Positions 12,360 to 25,522 of a DNA stretch of 64,000 nt are shown piece by piece. Source of the stretch: Nemertoderma westbladi (taxonomy: Eukaryota; Animalia; Xenacoelomorpha); NCBI GenBank assembly GCA_032718475.1, contig JAUCBJ010002000.1, forward strand, positions 1-64,000, read 5' to 3'. Every line of letters starts with the position of its first letter. The first letter of the stretch is position 1. Both the position numbers and the translations under genes were made by a program. A model generated the notes under the pieces. That model made no database searches and was not told where the DNA came from. It saw only the letters and a program-made list of their open reading frames with translations.

Positions 12360-12652
12360 ACAGCCTCCCATCTGTCAATACCGTCATATGCTGCCACTGT
12401 ACTCAACCCTACAGTACTTGGCCGTCTTTAACCACTCGCTACAATGAAAGGATATTATGTATATTAACCATGAACCATCACTGCCACAATGATTAATTAA
12501 ACACTCTAGCTACTAATTTAGGTAGGACAGTTACACCCAAAGAGAAATGCGACCGGTATATTTATAATTTATTATTGGTGTTATGGGTGAATGAGTAGTT
12601 TCATATTATTATAACTTATTTTTGGGCACAGTTTTTGCAAAGTCGTCAATGT
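12360..12652 (-). repeat. Third copy of the dispersed repeat seen at 1040-1410 and 2515-2692
   Basis: 12364-12520 matches 1233-1410. 12565-12651 matches 2510-2595 and 1042-1094. Confidence 0.75.
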
Positions 12653-14339
12653 ATAATATATGTATCAGGCTGTTAGGTAACAGTAGCAGGTACCGGAAAT
12701 CTACCAAGTTTGGACAATTGCAAACAGTATTTTATCAATGTTCCTCAATCATGAATTTGAATATGTGTTAAAAGATGCCCAAGACTCTCCGCTTACAATT
12801 GATATAAGTCACATGATTGAGATTAAATGTGTATTTTAATGGATTGAAAATCGCTGTCCATAGAAAGCAAGATAAAACATTATTCAAGTATAATATTTTT
12901 TGTTTCACAATGGTGGGATAAGGATGGATTCTCGGCGAATAGTAAGCTAGAACCCTAGGTCATGTATTTGTATGGATGACCAGGGAAACCTGGGGGTTCT
13001 GGAATAAAGATTATTAATTATTATTATTATTAATCATTTTTATGTGGGGATAACTAGTGAAGGGAATCCGCACATCATGCGTGCTTACTTCGTAGCACGC
13101 ATGGCTTAGCATACATACTGACCATATTAATTATGGGCAGCAGTATAATCGCCACAGTTGTGAAAGTAGGTCAGATGCAGGCAGGGCTATGGGTGAGACT
13201 CGATAAATGGGATATTAAATCGAACAAGTTATGTAAAATATTTAAATTTACATTTTTAAGCCAAAAAGCTTTTATTTTAATTAAATATTTTTATTTTTGA
13301 ATAACATTCCATGCTCAAAGTTGTAAATACATAATACTAGAAACAATCATCAATCAATGCCTACGCACGTATTTTAAAAGCCTTGAACTGTAATCTTATA
13401 ATATGCTAGATATTATAAGATATTATTTTAAGAACATGAAGTAAATATAGTTATTATCATATTAGTTGCTTTAATTACTGGGATACTCCTGCTTTATCAT
13501 AAAATATCATTGAAAAGGGCGGAGTTCTTGGCTTGCTGCATCTCACGTAGATGATATTGAAGAATTACGATTATTGTTATGAGCATAAGTTTGGAGCAGC
13601 TATGCTCCTGATAACTTCCATTCCCTCGATTTCTTCAGTGTTTTCCGCGATAATAATTGCATTCCTGAAGCACTGTATTTCAATCAAGTGTAGTTATACT
13701 ACTACTACTACTACACTGCACATTACACTAATTGCCTGCTTACAGTATCATCAACCCATCCCTCATTATTCTCTTATCTTGTGAATGAGAGGCTGTATCT
13801 AGTATGTAGTAGGCTTGACCTATTTGACAATAATGCCTCTGATAAATATGTAGGGATTTTCGCTACATTTATGAAATCCCACCTACATAACCCACTACCT
13901 CTGCTCATATCTATCCACACTTACATTCCCGTAAATATTCCCCAAAAGCACAACAGCAGTGTATTATTATTATTACACAGGATATTATTGATAGCCGTCT
14001 TAACTCTTCAATTGCTTTCAAAGATAAGCAAGCATACTAGCTTATTAGTTGATTATTTACTTGTAACCAAAACTTGTAATGATACCAATCGTTAAAGCTC
14101 ATATCGTGACAGATTAATTTAAAATGAACTAGGTAAAATAATACAGGGTAAAATAACTAAATTGATACTGTGTATACAACAGCATAATAATCCATACATA
14201 TAATAGAGAGGGCCTACGTGTAGTTACTAAAGCAATAGTAAAAGGAATGAGGTTCCCTGAACACTTAGGGTTGGCCTGTATTATGTATTATATTATTTAA
14301 TTAGTAGGTTGTAATTACTACGACCCACTACAACGACGG

Positions 14340-14495
14340 TCTTTGGTAATTATTTTACGGATATGGATGATTTCATTATTTGGTTCCGTAATAGGCAACT
14401 CACTTATGACTTTATGAAATATCTAAATAAAATGCACAGAAATATAGAGTTTACAGCTGAATTCTAATCTAAAGGCTCCTTTAGCTATATTGAAT
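14340..14495 (+). mobile_element. Penelope-like element RT fragment
   Basis: Frameshifted ..MDDFIIWFRNRQLTYDFMKYLNKMHRNIEFTAE.., matching the PLE pattern YVDD.F.IW...F...LN..H.NI.FT.E. Confidence 0.7.
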
Positions 14496-15149
14496 TTATG
14501 CAATGTAATATGTAATTACATTAAATGTACATCTCCAATGAAATTTACATTCATCGTTACGAACTGTACAACACCCCCCACCCCCCCCCCAAACATCTTC
14601 CAATAATTAATATTTAGATTGTAAACAAATCTTTACAAACCAATTTGCACCATTTTTTGATAGTTTTGTTTCAGATTAATTCAAAATTGCTTTAATCTCA
14701 ATTGATTGGAGTGCTAGAATTCGAGATACTCCATAATCTATAGTCCTTCAATGGTTACCCTACTGTCAATGGCTACTTTGGATTGTAAGGGAAATGTTTA
14801 CGGAAACGTTGTACTTTCGAGGAGCTACTTACTATATTGGGTATATAATTTTTTTTTTTTGAAGATACACCCCCAGTCGGGGTAAATATAAATTATAATA
14901 TTGGTAATAGGTATGTACGGTAGAATGTAGTTAAGATTACGTACTCGCACAGTAAATCGTAATTAGACTAATAGTTATGGTAAAATAATATATGAAAATT
15001 ATTATAATTAAGCTAGTAAATGCACACAGTCATTAATTATGGTAATAAATTAAATGGGAAGGGAGCTGGTAGTAGAGTTTATTATTTCGCTAGGTCGTGT
15101 AATGAGGGACATTTTGTTTTTAATTAAGGGTCTATAAATGTCTATTTCT

Positions 15150-15710
15150 TATGTTTTTTTTGATTGATTGATGTGAGCCTGTAAGGGCTCTTATATTTTG
15201 TTCCAGAATGACCGCACACAATTTACAGACAATATTTAAATAAACAGTAGTTCACAAAACAAATTAAAATATAATTCACCTTGATTCACCTTTGTGCAAA
15301 TTAGTGCGTGGTATCGGTCCTCTCATGGATTTTTACAGTAGGTACAGGAGCAGTCAGGAGTCAGTATATGGAATGGAGTCTTGTTTGAGCAAAGTAAGTG
15401 GTGAAAACCGTGGGAGGTGAATCTGGTGATGGTGTGTCTGTATGTCTGTCCCGCGCGTTTCCATGTTGTAGATATAAAAGCTGGACCAGGGATGGGGTAG
15501 TTGGCTCCGAAATTTGATTCTCTGTCTCTCCGATGGGTTCTGTATTGAGTGGTTACTGTCGTTGAAAAAATGTTCCGGGTGTTTGGTAAGAATGTCAACG
15601 CATAAGCTGTTTTCACCTACCAGTTTTAGTGCGAGGGTGGAGGAGGCTGACGTGTGCAGTCTTAACACGTTCGTGGGGCCTTCGCGCAGCACGAGGCCCA
15701 GTTATTAGAT
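15150..15710 (-). mobile_element. LINE 3' end with CCHC zinc knuckle
   Basis: ...CSCTYCKNP*EDRYHALIC, followed by a (TCAA)n/oligo-A tail near 15154-15172. Confidence 0.5.
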
Positions 15711-15894
15711 ACAAATTAAAATTGAGCGACTGTATCACAAAATCAGGTTTTGAGAAATTTACCCACACCACCAATCAATCAAAGAAAGGGGGACAGTACG
15801 TGTTCACCCCCTTTAATCCCCCCCCCCCCAACCTTCCCAACCACCAATACATAACCGGGACATCTACCACCCACGGAAGGGTAGCACGAACTTA

Positions 15895-16212
15895 TTTCCA
15901 ATCGCACGTTAAATATGCAAAGCCAGGTGGTTTATAGGAATATAATAAACGCAGTACTCGTTTTCATTATAAGCCTCTTTGCGTTCGTCCTGTTTTGTAT
16001 TTAAATATATTTCTTAAACGCAGGCTGACGATATTTATAATAATAATAACTAGGGATGCGATCAATATGTGAAGCCAGGTGGTTTATATAATAATTTAGT
16101 CAACGAGGTACTCGTCTTCATTATATGCCTCGTTGCGCTCGTCGCTTGTCCTGTTTTGTCATAAAATATTTTTCCTAAACGCAGACTGACGATCTTTATA
16201 CAGTTATAACTA
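15895..16212 (+). repeat. Two tandem ~150-bp units of a dispersed repeat (inverted copy at 34445-34715)
   Basis: aagccaggtggtttata...gtactcgt...cctgttttgt...taaacgcagRctgacgat occurs twice. The reverse complement is at 34445-34715. Confidence 0.8.
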
Positions 16213-16964
16213 TGCGAAGTTTCGAAACTGTGCGATACATCTATGTGGAGATGTGTGATATGTGGAGATGTGTGATACAACGCCAACGCATCTTATGCCG
16301 ATGTAGTAATATGGGTATTGAAATAATATTAAATCAATGTACACTCTTAAAGCTGCAGCGAAAAAATGTAGCTAATTTCCTAGGTTACATATAAAATAAT
16401 AATATTATTTTTAAGAACATTAATTTTACTACTTTGCAAAAATTCAATTAAAAAATAACCAGACATATACATTGTGGAATAAACTATTTCAGATAAGCCT
16501 ACACAACAGCCATGCCATGGATGGTATTTATGTTATTATATCTGTCATTTACCTGAGATAGCAATACAACACTTATAGTAGAGTCAATACAGGAAGGATG
16601 TTGGGATGTTGGAATGCTGCCTGGGCTGGAATAGCAATACTGGTTGCCTATTACAATTTCTCTCTGGTTAGTCTACAGCCACAACTCCAATAATAATGAC
16701 CAATAATCATTCCCAGCAACTAGCTGCTGCCTTACACACACATCCTTCCATCTTACCAGCATGTTAGCCAATAAATGAGCAGTATTTAATGAGAATCAAT
16801 TTTTTATGACGTTTTAATTACTTTAGATCAATTAAAGACACAATTAATAAAGCAAATAACTTGAACTAATTAAAAACTATAATAGAATGGGGTATGTGGA
16901 TTACATCTGTATAATTTTTAATTATAATTATTTAAATCTTATACTGTAAAACAATTAATTTCCT

Positions 16965-17248
16965 TTAAAAGGCAGGTTGAAAATGGTGTTTTTACCGTAA
17001 TAACTTAATTAACTAATTAACTGCTATTATCTTAGCTTCTCGAAGGCCACAAGGAAATTCTACTTGGAAAATTTCTAAACTTTTGCCAAACAACATGTGT
17101 ACCAAGTTTGGATAGATTTCATCAAAGATTGGCCGAGTTATTAACGTTTAAAATTGAACACTGCAAAAAAAGCGACAGAACGACAGAACGACAGGTTGAT
17201 TAATGGTACCACTACGCTAAGGCTCACTCACTTCGTGGCTCGCCCCAC
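16965..17248 (+). mobile_element. Helentron/DINE-1-like non-autonomous element end
   Basis: (cgacagaa)n-type microsatellite followed by a short stem-loop (gctcactcacttcgtggctcgc). Confidence 0.4.
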
Positions 17249-19538
17249 ATATGTTTGATATGGCAGGTTGTTGTTTTATCAAGGTCAATGAGTTTGGGTA
17301 GCGAAAGATATGGGTCAATTTCTTCTAGACTATATGTTACCATTGGTTGTATTTACATTCGGTATATTTTGAGGCCAGTCTCGATTGAAAGAAGGTGTAG
17401 TTTTGAAAGGTAGCAGATGACGCTGTTCGCTTTTTTCTTTTTATCTAAAATATGTTTAGTGAATGGAGCAGAGTGTCGGTCGGAGAGTAATTCTGAGATA
17501 TTCATATTCATTTACTATGTTTACATCATTTCCATCATAGTTGAATTTATCCATCATTGCAAGTCTACCTCCATTTCTAAATTTGATTATTTTTATTTTC
17601 TTCAAGTTTACTTCTATATATAAATATACCCAACTTTTTGGACAGCTTGTTAATGGCCGATTATGCTTTCCTTTTGTGGATGACAGAAGTCTTCATGCAG
17701 TGTTGACGGCAGGAGTAATATTTATGTTCAACAAAGTAGGTTGATTTTATACGGACATACGTTTTTTTTAATAGCTTTAGGACTATTCCACATACTTCAG
17801 TTTACTACTTAAATACCTCATTAAAATTGCACCATTGACTCAATGCTAAATTTGAACCCCGAATTAGAAGAAAAGTGAAATTTTAATTTATATGCAAATT
17901 ACTGCATCTACATTCCTTTGATATGTTTGATTAACTGGGAGTATTGCAGCACTGCAAAGTTTTATTTTCAAACTTATCAAACTTAATCCATTTCAATCTC
18001 GTGTTTGGAAAACAAGATTGAAAGACATGACCAGAATAATTGAAGTGGTGAGTTCGAAAAGGGCCTAAATGACAAATTTGACAATATTTTTTTGCTTAAC
18101 GCTTGTAGTTTTTAAAGTTATACCCATCAGTGAGAGCTATAAAGCTGCATCTTAATTCCTTTTATGAGAAAAACGAAAAACAAAATCTACATTGTCTTGG
18201 ATTGAGTTCGAAAAGGCACTATCTGTGACAGATAGGTCCTTTTAGAACTCATTTGCGAATCAGCTGATTTTGCATTGGAATGTGATAGAGTGAAATTTGA
18301 AATATCAGTATACAAATATGATGACCAGGCCTCATTATTTTTGAGAAATTGCTAATTTATCAAAAATAAGCTATTTTTGAGATATTTTTCATTTTATTTT
18401 TGCTATTTATGCGATGTTGACTAAATCATCCTGTAATGATATTTATTACTCTAAATATTGAAACATGTTTGTTTTTTTTGAGTAAAACCGACCCTTAGTA
18501 CAGTGTTTAACAAACTAAATGTTCAAAATTAAAAATGACAACTACAGTATAAAAGTTCATATTTTACTTGGTAGTTCGCCATTTATTATTAAATCTATTG
18601 AAACTTGTTTGTTACAATTAAACAATTACTACAAATTAGCATAAATTTGCAGCACCACCTAGCGGTGCAGAATTATTTTCACCAAATTTCGCCTGATAGT
18701 TAATGTGGCCCCATCTTTGATCTATCATTTTTAAAAACTTTCATGTGATTAGGTTTTGGGAGTATTATGATTGGGTTTTAAGCGCAATCAAATTTTTTAC
18801 TATTAACTTAGAATTAACTAATATTAAATACCATAAAATAAAATTGTTCTGACCTGTCATGTAGAATAGCATCTTATTTACCTATATTCCAAATTATAGC
18901 CAAAACCAAACAATTTTGAAACGCTGAGAGTGATAAATCGAAGAGTTGTCCGAAAGTGGTGTAAGTAGTACAGTACAGTAGTACTAGTGCAGTAGTACAC
19001 ATTACACACCCTTATAGAGTGAGCTCTTACATCTCTCTTGTCAGCGTGTATTGGTGGCCTATTTCTGTATTTATTAGTTCTATAGAATAATCCACACGAG
19101 ACCACCCCCCCCCCCCCCCCCCCCCCATTTCACAGATTTGTCATGAATTTGTATATAGGTAGACATCCACCCCCGCCCCCACCCCCATCTTTATGTTAAA
19201 ATTTGACTTATTTACGTCCATCGGGGCCATTGGAACATACGATTAACGTAATTAATTATTTGTAATAATTATATTGTTGTGCTATAATTATAAAACATTT
19301 ATTGTGTGTACAATGGGCTACGGTCCGATTAAATAAAAGTAATAATTATAATTAATATATTTATAATGATTTAATAATAATCACATCCTACTCTTTCAAT
19401 CCCATCCTTATAATTAATTATCATTTACACATTCATTGTAGTAAAAATTATCATCCTAATTGATATCATGTATCCTGTGTTTATGGCACCAATACAAAAA
19501 ACCAACCCACAGTGTCCCACGAACATAGACGAAAGTCA

Positions 19539-21077
19539 ATACGGCTACGGCTATGGTTATGGTTACGGCTACAGCTATGGCTACGGCTATGGTACGGCTA
19601 CAGCTATGGCTACGGCTACAGCTATGGCTACGGCTACGGCTACAGCTATGGCTACGGTACGGCTATGGCTACGGCTATGGCCACAGCTATGGCTACGGTA
19701 CAGCTATGGCTATGGTTACGGCTACAGCTATGGCTACAGCTATGGCTACGGTACGGCTATGGCTACGGCTATGGCCACAGCTATGGCTACAGCTATGGCT
19801 ACGGCTATGGCTACAGCTATGGCTACGGCTATGGTTACAGCTATGGCTATGGCTACAGCTATGGCTACGGCTATGGTTACAGCTACGGCTATGGCTACGG
19901 CTATGGTACGGCTACAGCTATGGCTACAGCTATGGTACGGCTATGGCTACGGCTATGGCCACGGCTATGGCTACAGCTATGGCTACAGCTATGGCTATGG
20001 CTACGGCTATGGTTACGGCTACAGCTATGGCTACGGCTATGGTACGGCTACAGCTATGGCTACGGCTACAGCTATGGCTACGGCTATGGTTACGGCTACA
20101 GCTATGGCTACGGTACGGCTACAGCTATGGCTACAGCTATGGCTACAGCTATGGCTACGGTACGGCTACAGCTATGGCTACAGCTATGGCTACAGCTATG
20201 GCTACAGCTATGGCTACAGCTACAGCTATGGCTACGGTATGGCTACAGCTATGGCTATGGCTACAGCTATGGCTACGGTACAGCTATGGCTACGGCTACA
20301 GCTATGACTACGGCTACAGCTATGGCTACGGCTATGGCTACAGCTATGTCTACGGTACGGCTATGGTTACAGCTACGGCTATGGGTACAGCTATGGCTAC
20401 GGCTATGGCTATGGCTATGGCCACGGCTATGGCTACAGCTATGGCTATGGCTACAGCTATGGCTATGGCTACGGCTATGGTTACAGCTACGGCTATGGCT
20501 ATGGCTACGGCTATGGCTACAGCTATGGCTACAGTACGGCTATGGTTACAGCTACGGCTATGGCTACGGCTATGGCTACGGCCACAGCTATGGCTACAGC
20601 TATGGCTACGGCTATGGCTACAGCTACGGCTATGGCTACGGCCACGGCTATGGCTACAGCTATGGCTACGGCTACGGTTACAGCTACGGCTATGGCTACG
20701 GCTATGGTTACAGCTACGGCTATGGCTACGGCTATGGCTACAGCTATGGCTATGGCTACAGCTATGGCTACAGCTATGGCTACGGTACGGCTATGGCTAC
20801 GGCTATGGCTACAGCTATGGCTACGGCTATGGCTACAGCTATGGCTATGGCTATGGTTACAGCCACGGCTACGGCTACAGCTACGGCTATGGCTACGGCT
20901 ACGGTTACAGTACGGCTACGGTTCGGCTACGGTATGGCTATGGTTATGGTATGGCTACGGCTACGGTATGGCTACGGCTATGGCTACAGTACGGCTACGG
21001 TACGGCTATGGCTACGGTACAGCTACGGCACGGCTACGGCTATGGCTATGGCTACGGCTACGGCTATGGTTACAGTT
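19539..21077. repeat. ~1.54-kb hexamer satellite (GGCTAC/GGCTAT/AGCTAT/GGTTAC) with interspersed GGTAC pentamers
   Basis: Seen directly. It produces the GY/ATAM/LRLW pseudo-ORFs in all three plus frames. Confidence 0.95.
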
Positions 21078-22279
21078 ATATTTTATTGCGTCGAAGTTAA
21101 AAGAAAGAAGAAGTTAATGTTGCACATCCATTAAAATATCATAAGACAGTTTACAGTAGATCAAAACGGCCTGATGGCCGCATTAAGATTTATAAAATGA
21201 AGAATCAATGTAAAATCAACAAATATTTTTTTATTTTATACAACAACATTAATAGACATCAATAATCAACAAGACAACAATCAATAGACATTGAACATAT
21301 AATTTCATTAATAAATATTGCGAAAACATAATTTAAATTAATTTGAAAAAGGGTTAGAATAAATAATCCATAAACATTCAATGACTCTGAAATGTGTATT
21401 CCCTATTATTCAGCCTATCTATACTCTATACATTATAATCCAAACGTTTTAGCAACTGGTAGAATTGTACTAAATCCAATTGGAGGAATCGATACTCAAC
21501 TGTGGGGAGTCTGAGTCAACGAAAGCGGTTGGGATATGATAACTCGCGGAGCCCGAATGGCAATCTCGTGTCTCTACGCTGAATGCTTTCTAGTAAGATA
21601 GTTTAACCAACTCTATTAGGCAACCAAATATCGTTCATCGTTCAGTCGTTTCTAACAGCGCTTTGCTGCAATACATCAGTGACTACTTCACTAGTTCCGG
21701 TATCATTGTTAGCATTTTGTGGAATCACGCACTCATCTTCAGACCCCCATGATAATTGTTAACACTAACCGTTAGTCGATTCCTCCTTGACTGTTAACAT
21801 CTGATACGGCCCATACAGTTACAAGGTCATTATCCTCATGCCTGAAACCACCAGGTCATATTATCTATGTATATGTACATAATTTTCTTCCTTTGTCAGT
21901 ACCGTCGTAGTAGGCTTATTTGGACCTCAGCGGTTCCATGTACCCCCCATCTCCTCTCCATAGGCCGTTTGCCATATAAATAAGTAAGTATACATTCAGT
22001 GCTGCAGTGCTTGTACCGGTGACTGCTGCACTGTGCTACTGTACAATAGCTATCTGAATGTCGATGTCAACGGGATTCCAAGGCGTACAGTGACATCACG
22101 GCCAATCACAGATTGTTTTCAAATTTTAAATAATTTTTAAACTGAAATCAACAATATCTCGGCTATTTTAACATCTTATTGAATTCTGTAAACGCCATTG
22201 TGTTTCTGTGCTATTATTGCATCTAATTTATCTGGTTTTGAATTTGAGTCATGAACCCCATTATTACTATAAATATAAC

Positions 22280-23045
22280 ATTTGGTCGTCGGCGCACTGA
22301 TGTATGTGGATGTGGAATGTGGTATCTGTGAGGAATTCATAAATGCAGGGAAAGCTGAAGAGTTGGATTTATGCAAGAAACGAGCTAGTGGTTTCTATGT
22401 TCAACTTAAAGTTGCAAAGGATAAAGCCAGGTTTGAAGATAACTTTGATACTATTGCTTTTGCTTCCTGTTGGAGAACTATTATATATGTGTCAGCTTTG
22501 GATGTTTGTATTTGGAGTTTATAGTGCTAAGGCCAGGAAGAATATCATATATGTGTGGCCGGAAAATGAAGGTAGGCAAGCTCTAATGAAGTTACGTTGT
22601 GTTTATTTTATATGGTTTTATGGTTATTTTATAACATTATTATCCTCTCCTTGTGTATTTGTCTATAATGGAATTGTTAAATATGAATCGTTCAATATAT
22701 AGAGCTCTAATGAAGTTGCCACATGCCTCAAACACTATATTGATAATTGTATTGATTTAAAGTTCATAGAGTCTCTTGTTTCAGTGATGGTTGCCGTGGA
22801 CAAAATCATAACTATGTTATGTTATAATGCGATTTTTGCATTCACTCTCCCTTAATTCCTAAGCGCTTTGATAACCAGCATTTCAACGCATTTGAGGGCC
22901 TCCAAAGGAAAGAAGGGCATATAGAGATTCACCAGGAATGGATTGCTATATTTTGCCACAAATTTGATATCGTTGAAATTAATTATACACACTTTCGAAA
23001 CTATAAGGATGTGCTGGCAGGACAGTTCAAGAAAACACTGTCGAC
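22280..23045 (+). pseudogene. Sola-like DDE transposase remnant, 5' part
   Basis: CQLWMFVFGVY...YVWPENEG, NEVATCLKHY and FSDGCRGQNHN (SDxCxGQNxN motif), with frameshifts and deletions. Confidence 0.7.
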
Positions 23046-23740
23046 CATGGCCGGCGCCAGGATTTTTCTTGGGGGGTGCAGATGTTGAAAAAGCGGACCT
23101 TTTTTGTTACCATCGAAACAAAATATTACACATTGCTGCATTGCACCGGTATCAGTTTAGGCCGCTAACCTAGAAAATTTTACACTTTGTATCAGATAGT
23201 TAGAAAAAGTTAGAGTGAACCTATTAAATGATATGATTAAATGATACTAAATTATGGACGCAATAAAAATTCATCCCTCTCCAGGGGAAATTCCGACACA
23301 AATAAAGTCTGATTACTCTCAAAAATAAAACTGTAACCTGTACTATTGTGTTTAGTTTATTGTTTTGGTTAAAATAACGTGCCACTGTAACCTGCTCCTT
23401 TCCCTAAATTGAGAATTTAACATTGAGGCGGGACATGAATTCGCCAAGGCAGGTTTTGCGTTTCCCTCCTGTCTCCAACGAAGTATTTTGATTTTGATAT
23501 AATAAACCCACCAGTATTCTAACTTATACTGTGAAATACTTCTAACACATTCAAATTAATAAATTTAAAAAATACTTAAAAATCTTACTTAAAAAATATT
23601 TAATTCAACAATAAAACAACCTAGACTTTAATTTGGTTGAACAAATGGTTGATTACTGCAGACTGCTACCGGAATATTGGATGGAGTGAGTAAAACGGAA
23701 TAGGTGATTTTAATTAGATCGGATTTTAATCAACCTTGAT

Positions 23741-24315
23741 TTAACCCTATCTGGCCCGGGCTATTTTACAACGTAATTGGCCCGGGGGGGGGGGGGGGGG
23801 GGTCATTTTAGATCTTGGCTCAAAAATTACAATTTTGATGGTATAAGGGTTTACGAGCTCGCTGGTCACGATAAAACTTGTTTAAAATATTTTCTGGCGA
23901 TGCAACCATCATTTTTGGTGCTATTTTGGTCCCCCAGGACGAAACGTAAGTAAAAAAATGTTAAACTAAACAATTTTGTGTTTGTTTTGATAATTCTGAA
24001 TGTATACGGGTTTTCGAGGTCGCTGATCACGATGAAACTAGTTATAAATATTTATGGTAATTCAAACCCAATTTTGGTGCCATTCTGGTGCCCCAGAACG
24101 AAAAGTACAAGTAGCACAAAATTTTAAATTGTAAAATTTTGCCTTTGGTTGGGTAATTCTGAGGCTATACTGTTTTTCAAGGTCGCTGATCACGATACAA
24201 CTCGTTAAAAATCATTCGTGGTAACAAACTATCATTTTTTATCCTTGTCTGGTGGGACAAAAATACAAGTAGCAAAAATTTTCAAATGGCAAAAATCGAA
24301 TTTGGTTGGATAATT
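23741..24315 (+). mobile_element. piggyBac-like (TTAA|CCC) non-autonomous fragment with ~120-bp subrepeats
   Basis: Starts ttaaccctatctggccc. (g)tcgctgRtcacgat recurs at ~23859, ~24020 and ~24183. Confidence 0.5.
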
Positions 24316-24517
24316 ATTAGTATTATTATAACAGTATTATTAGTATTACATGAAAACCGTCAATACCATAAACACTAAATGAGGGGAAGTTCCAGGCGCA
24401 TCCTTCGTGTTTGCTTCCTAGCAAACACATCCACAGAGCTGGAGATATTGAAATTAAAGTCATAATGTATTGCGAGAATGGCCAGATTGGACAGCCTCTC
24501 AGAAAGCATTGTTTTAG

Positions 24518-24815
24518 TGGTCTGGTATTGCTACCAGTAGTATACTAAGGTTGAATTGAATTGCCGACCTATTGTCTGTTAGTTGCTTGTTCGGTACCGT
24601 ACCCACTGACCCATGCAGCTAAACTTAGATTTTAGGCAATCGCATCTTACAGCCTATAATAATTCAGGAAAATCGGCTGACTATAACAAAATCAAACCAG
24701 CTATTTAGTATAAAAGTATACAGGAAGTAGGACAGTACTGGTGGTCTGGTATTGCTACCAGTAGTATACTAAGGTTGAATTGAATTGCCGACCTATTGTC
24801 TGTTAGTTGCTTGTT
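24518..24815. repeat. Direct duplication of ~73 bp
   Basis: gtggtctggtattgctaccagtagtatactaaggttgaattgaattgccgacctattgtctgttagttgcttgtt at ~24518 and ~24742. Confidence 0.9.
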
Positions 24816-25151
24816 GCTGCTACCTGTACTAAACACTAAACCGAAAGTAAATGAACTAAACATTGAAAATATATAAATAACTTGCAGGTAATGTAATAGA
24901 GGTGTAGTGTGTAGTGGTATCGGTATGATGTTCACTGTTGACAGCAAGTAATACCAGAACACCCAGTAATATAAATGGACAGAAATCTGATTAGAATAAG
25001 ATTCAAGTGACTGTGTGTTCTTTTGGTTTAATAATTACACAAAAATTTTTGTATTAGTCCACAATGAAAATATATTCGTCCAATTGCGGACCTTTTCTCA
25101 CTTTTTGGGGGGTGCAGCCGCACCCCTTGCACCCCATTGGCGCCGGCCATG

Positions 25152-25440
25152 CTGTCGACCAAAGATGCTAAAGATAAACGTCATGGTTCCAAGATATCGA
25201 AAGCGAAAGTGATGTATTTATATGGAGATACTGTGAATACATCAGCGCAATATGGGGAACTTATTATAGAGGAATAATAGACCTGTTAAGAAAGGCGTAC
25301 AATCAGTAAAGCATCCAACTAGACACGACAGGTTATACAAGAAAAGTCTCCCTATCAAAGATAAAAAGTTTGCTGATACATATATTGAAAAATTTAATGG
25401 TCTTGATGCAGAATCTGACTTTGGGGAGTATGATGAGTAA
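25152..25440 (+). pseudogene. Sola-like transposase remnant, 3' part
   Basis: The frame resumes after the hAT TSD (KTLSTKDAKDK...) and contains RLYKKSLPIKDKKFAD, like the C-terminal LY..PLPI...K..D pattern. Confidence 0.55.
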
Positions 25441-25522
25441 ACTGTGACAACTGTAAGTGAATACGTAAAGTGCTGTAAAGTGATAACTGTAATTCATAAG
25501 TAGTGATAACTGTAACTGAATG

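Larger units (their letters stand above)
23046..25151. mobile_element. Non-autonomous hAT element with nested insertions
   Basis: Perfect 14-bp TIRs CATGGCCGGCGCCA. 8-bp TSD CTGTCGAC at 23038-23045 and 25152-25159. Confidence 0.92.

Noticed and set aside
16553-16675. Possible minus-strand exon (TNQREIVIGNQYCYSSPG...SQ|gtaaat)
   Set aside because: Good donor but weak acceptor, no recognisable domain and no partner exons.
17330-17800. RTEX-like LINE 3' fragment (LHLLSIETG)
   Set aside because: A single short motif in heavily decayed sequence is too weak to annotate.
19468-21134. ORFs of 191-540 aa (GY/ATAM/LRLW repeats) as a structural protein gene
   Set aside because: All three frames are open because of the repeat, pentamers switch frame repeatedly, and there is no signal peptide.
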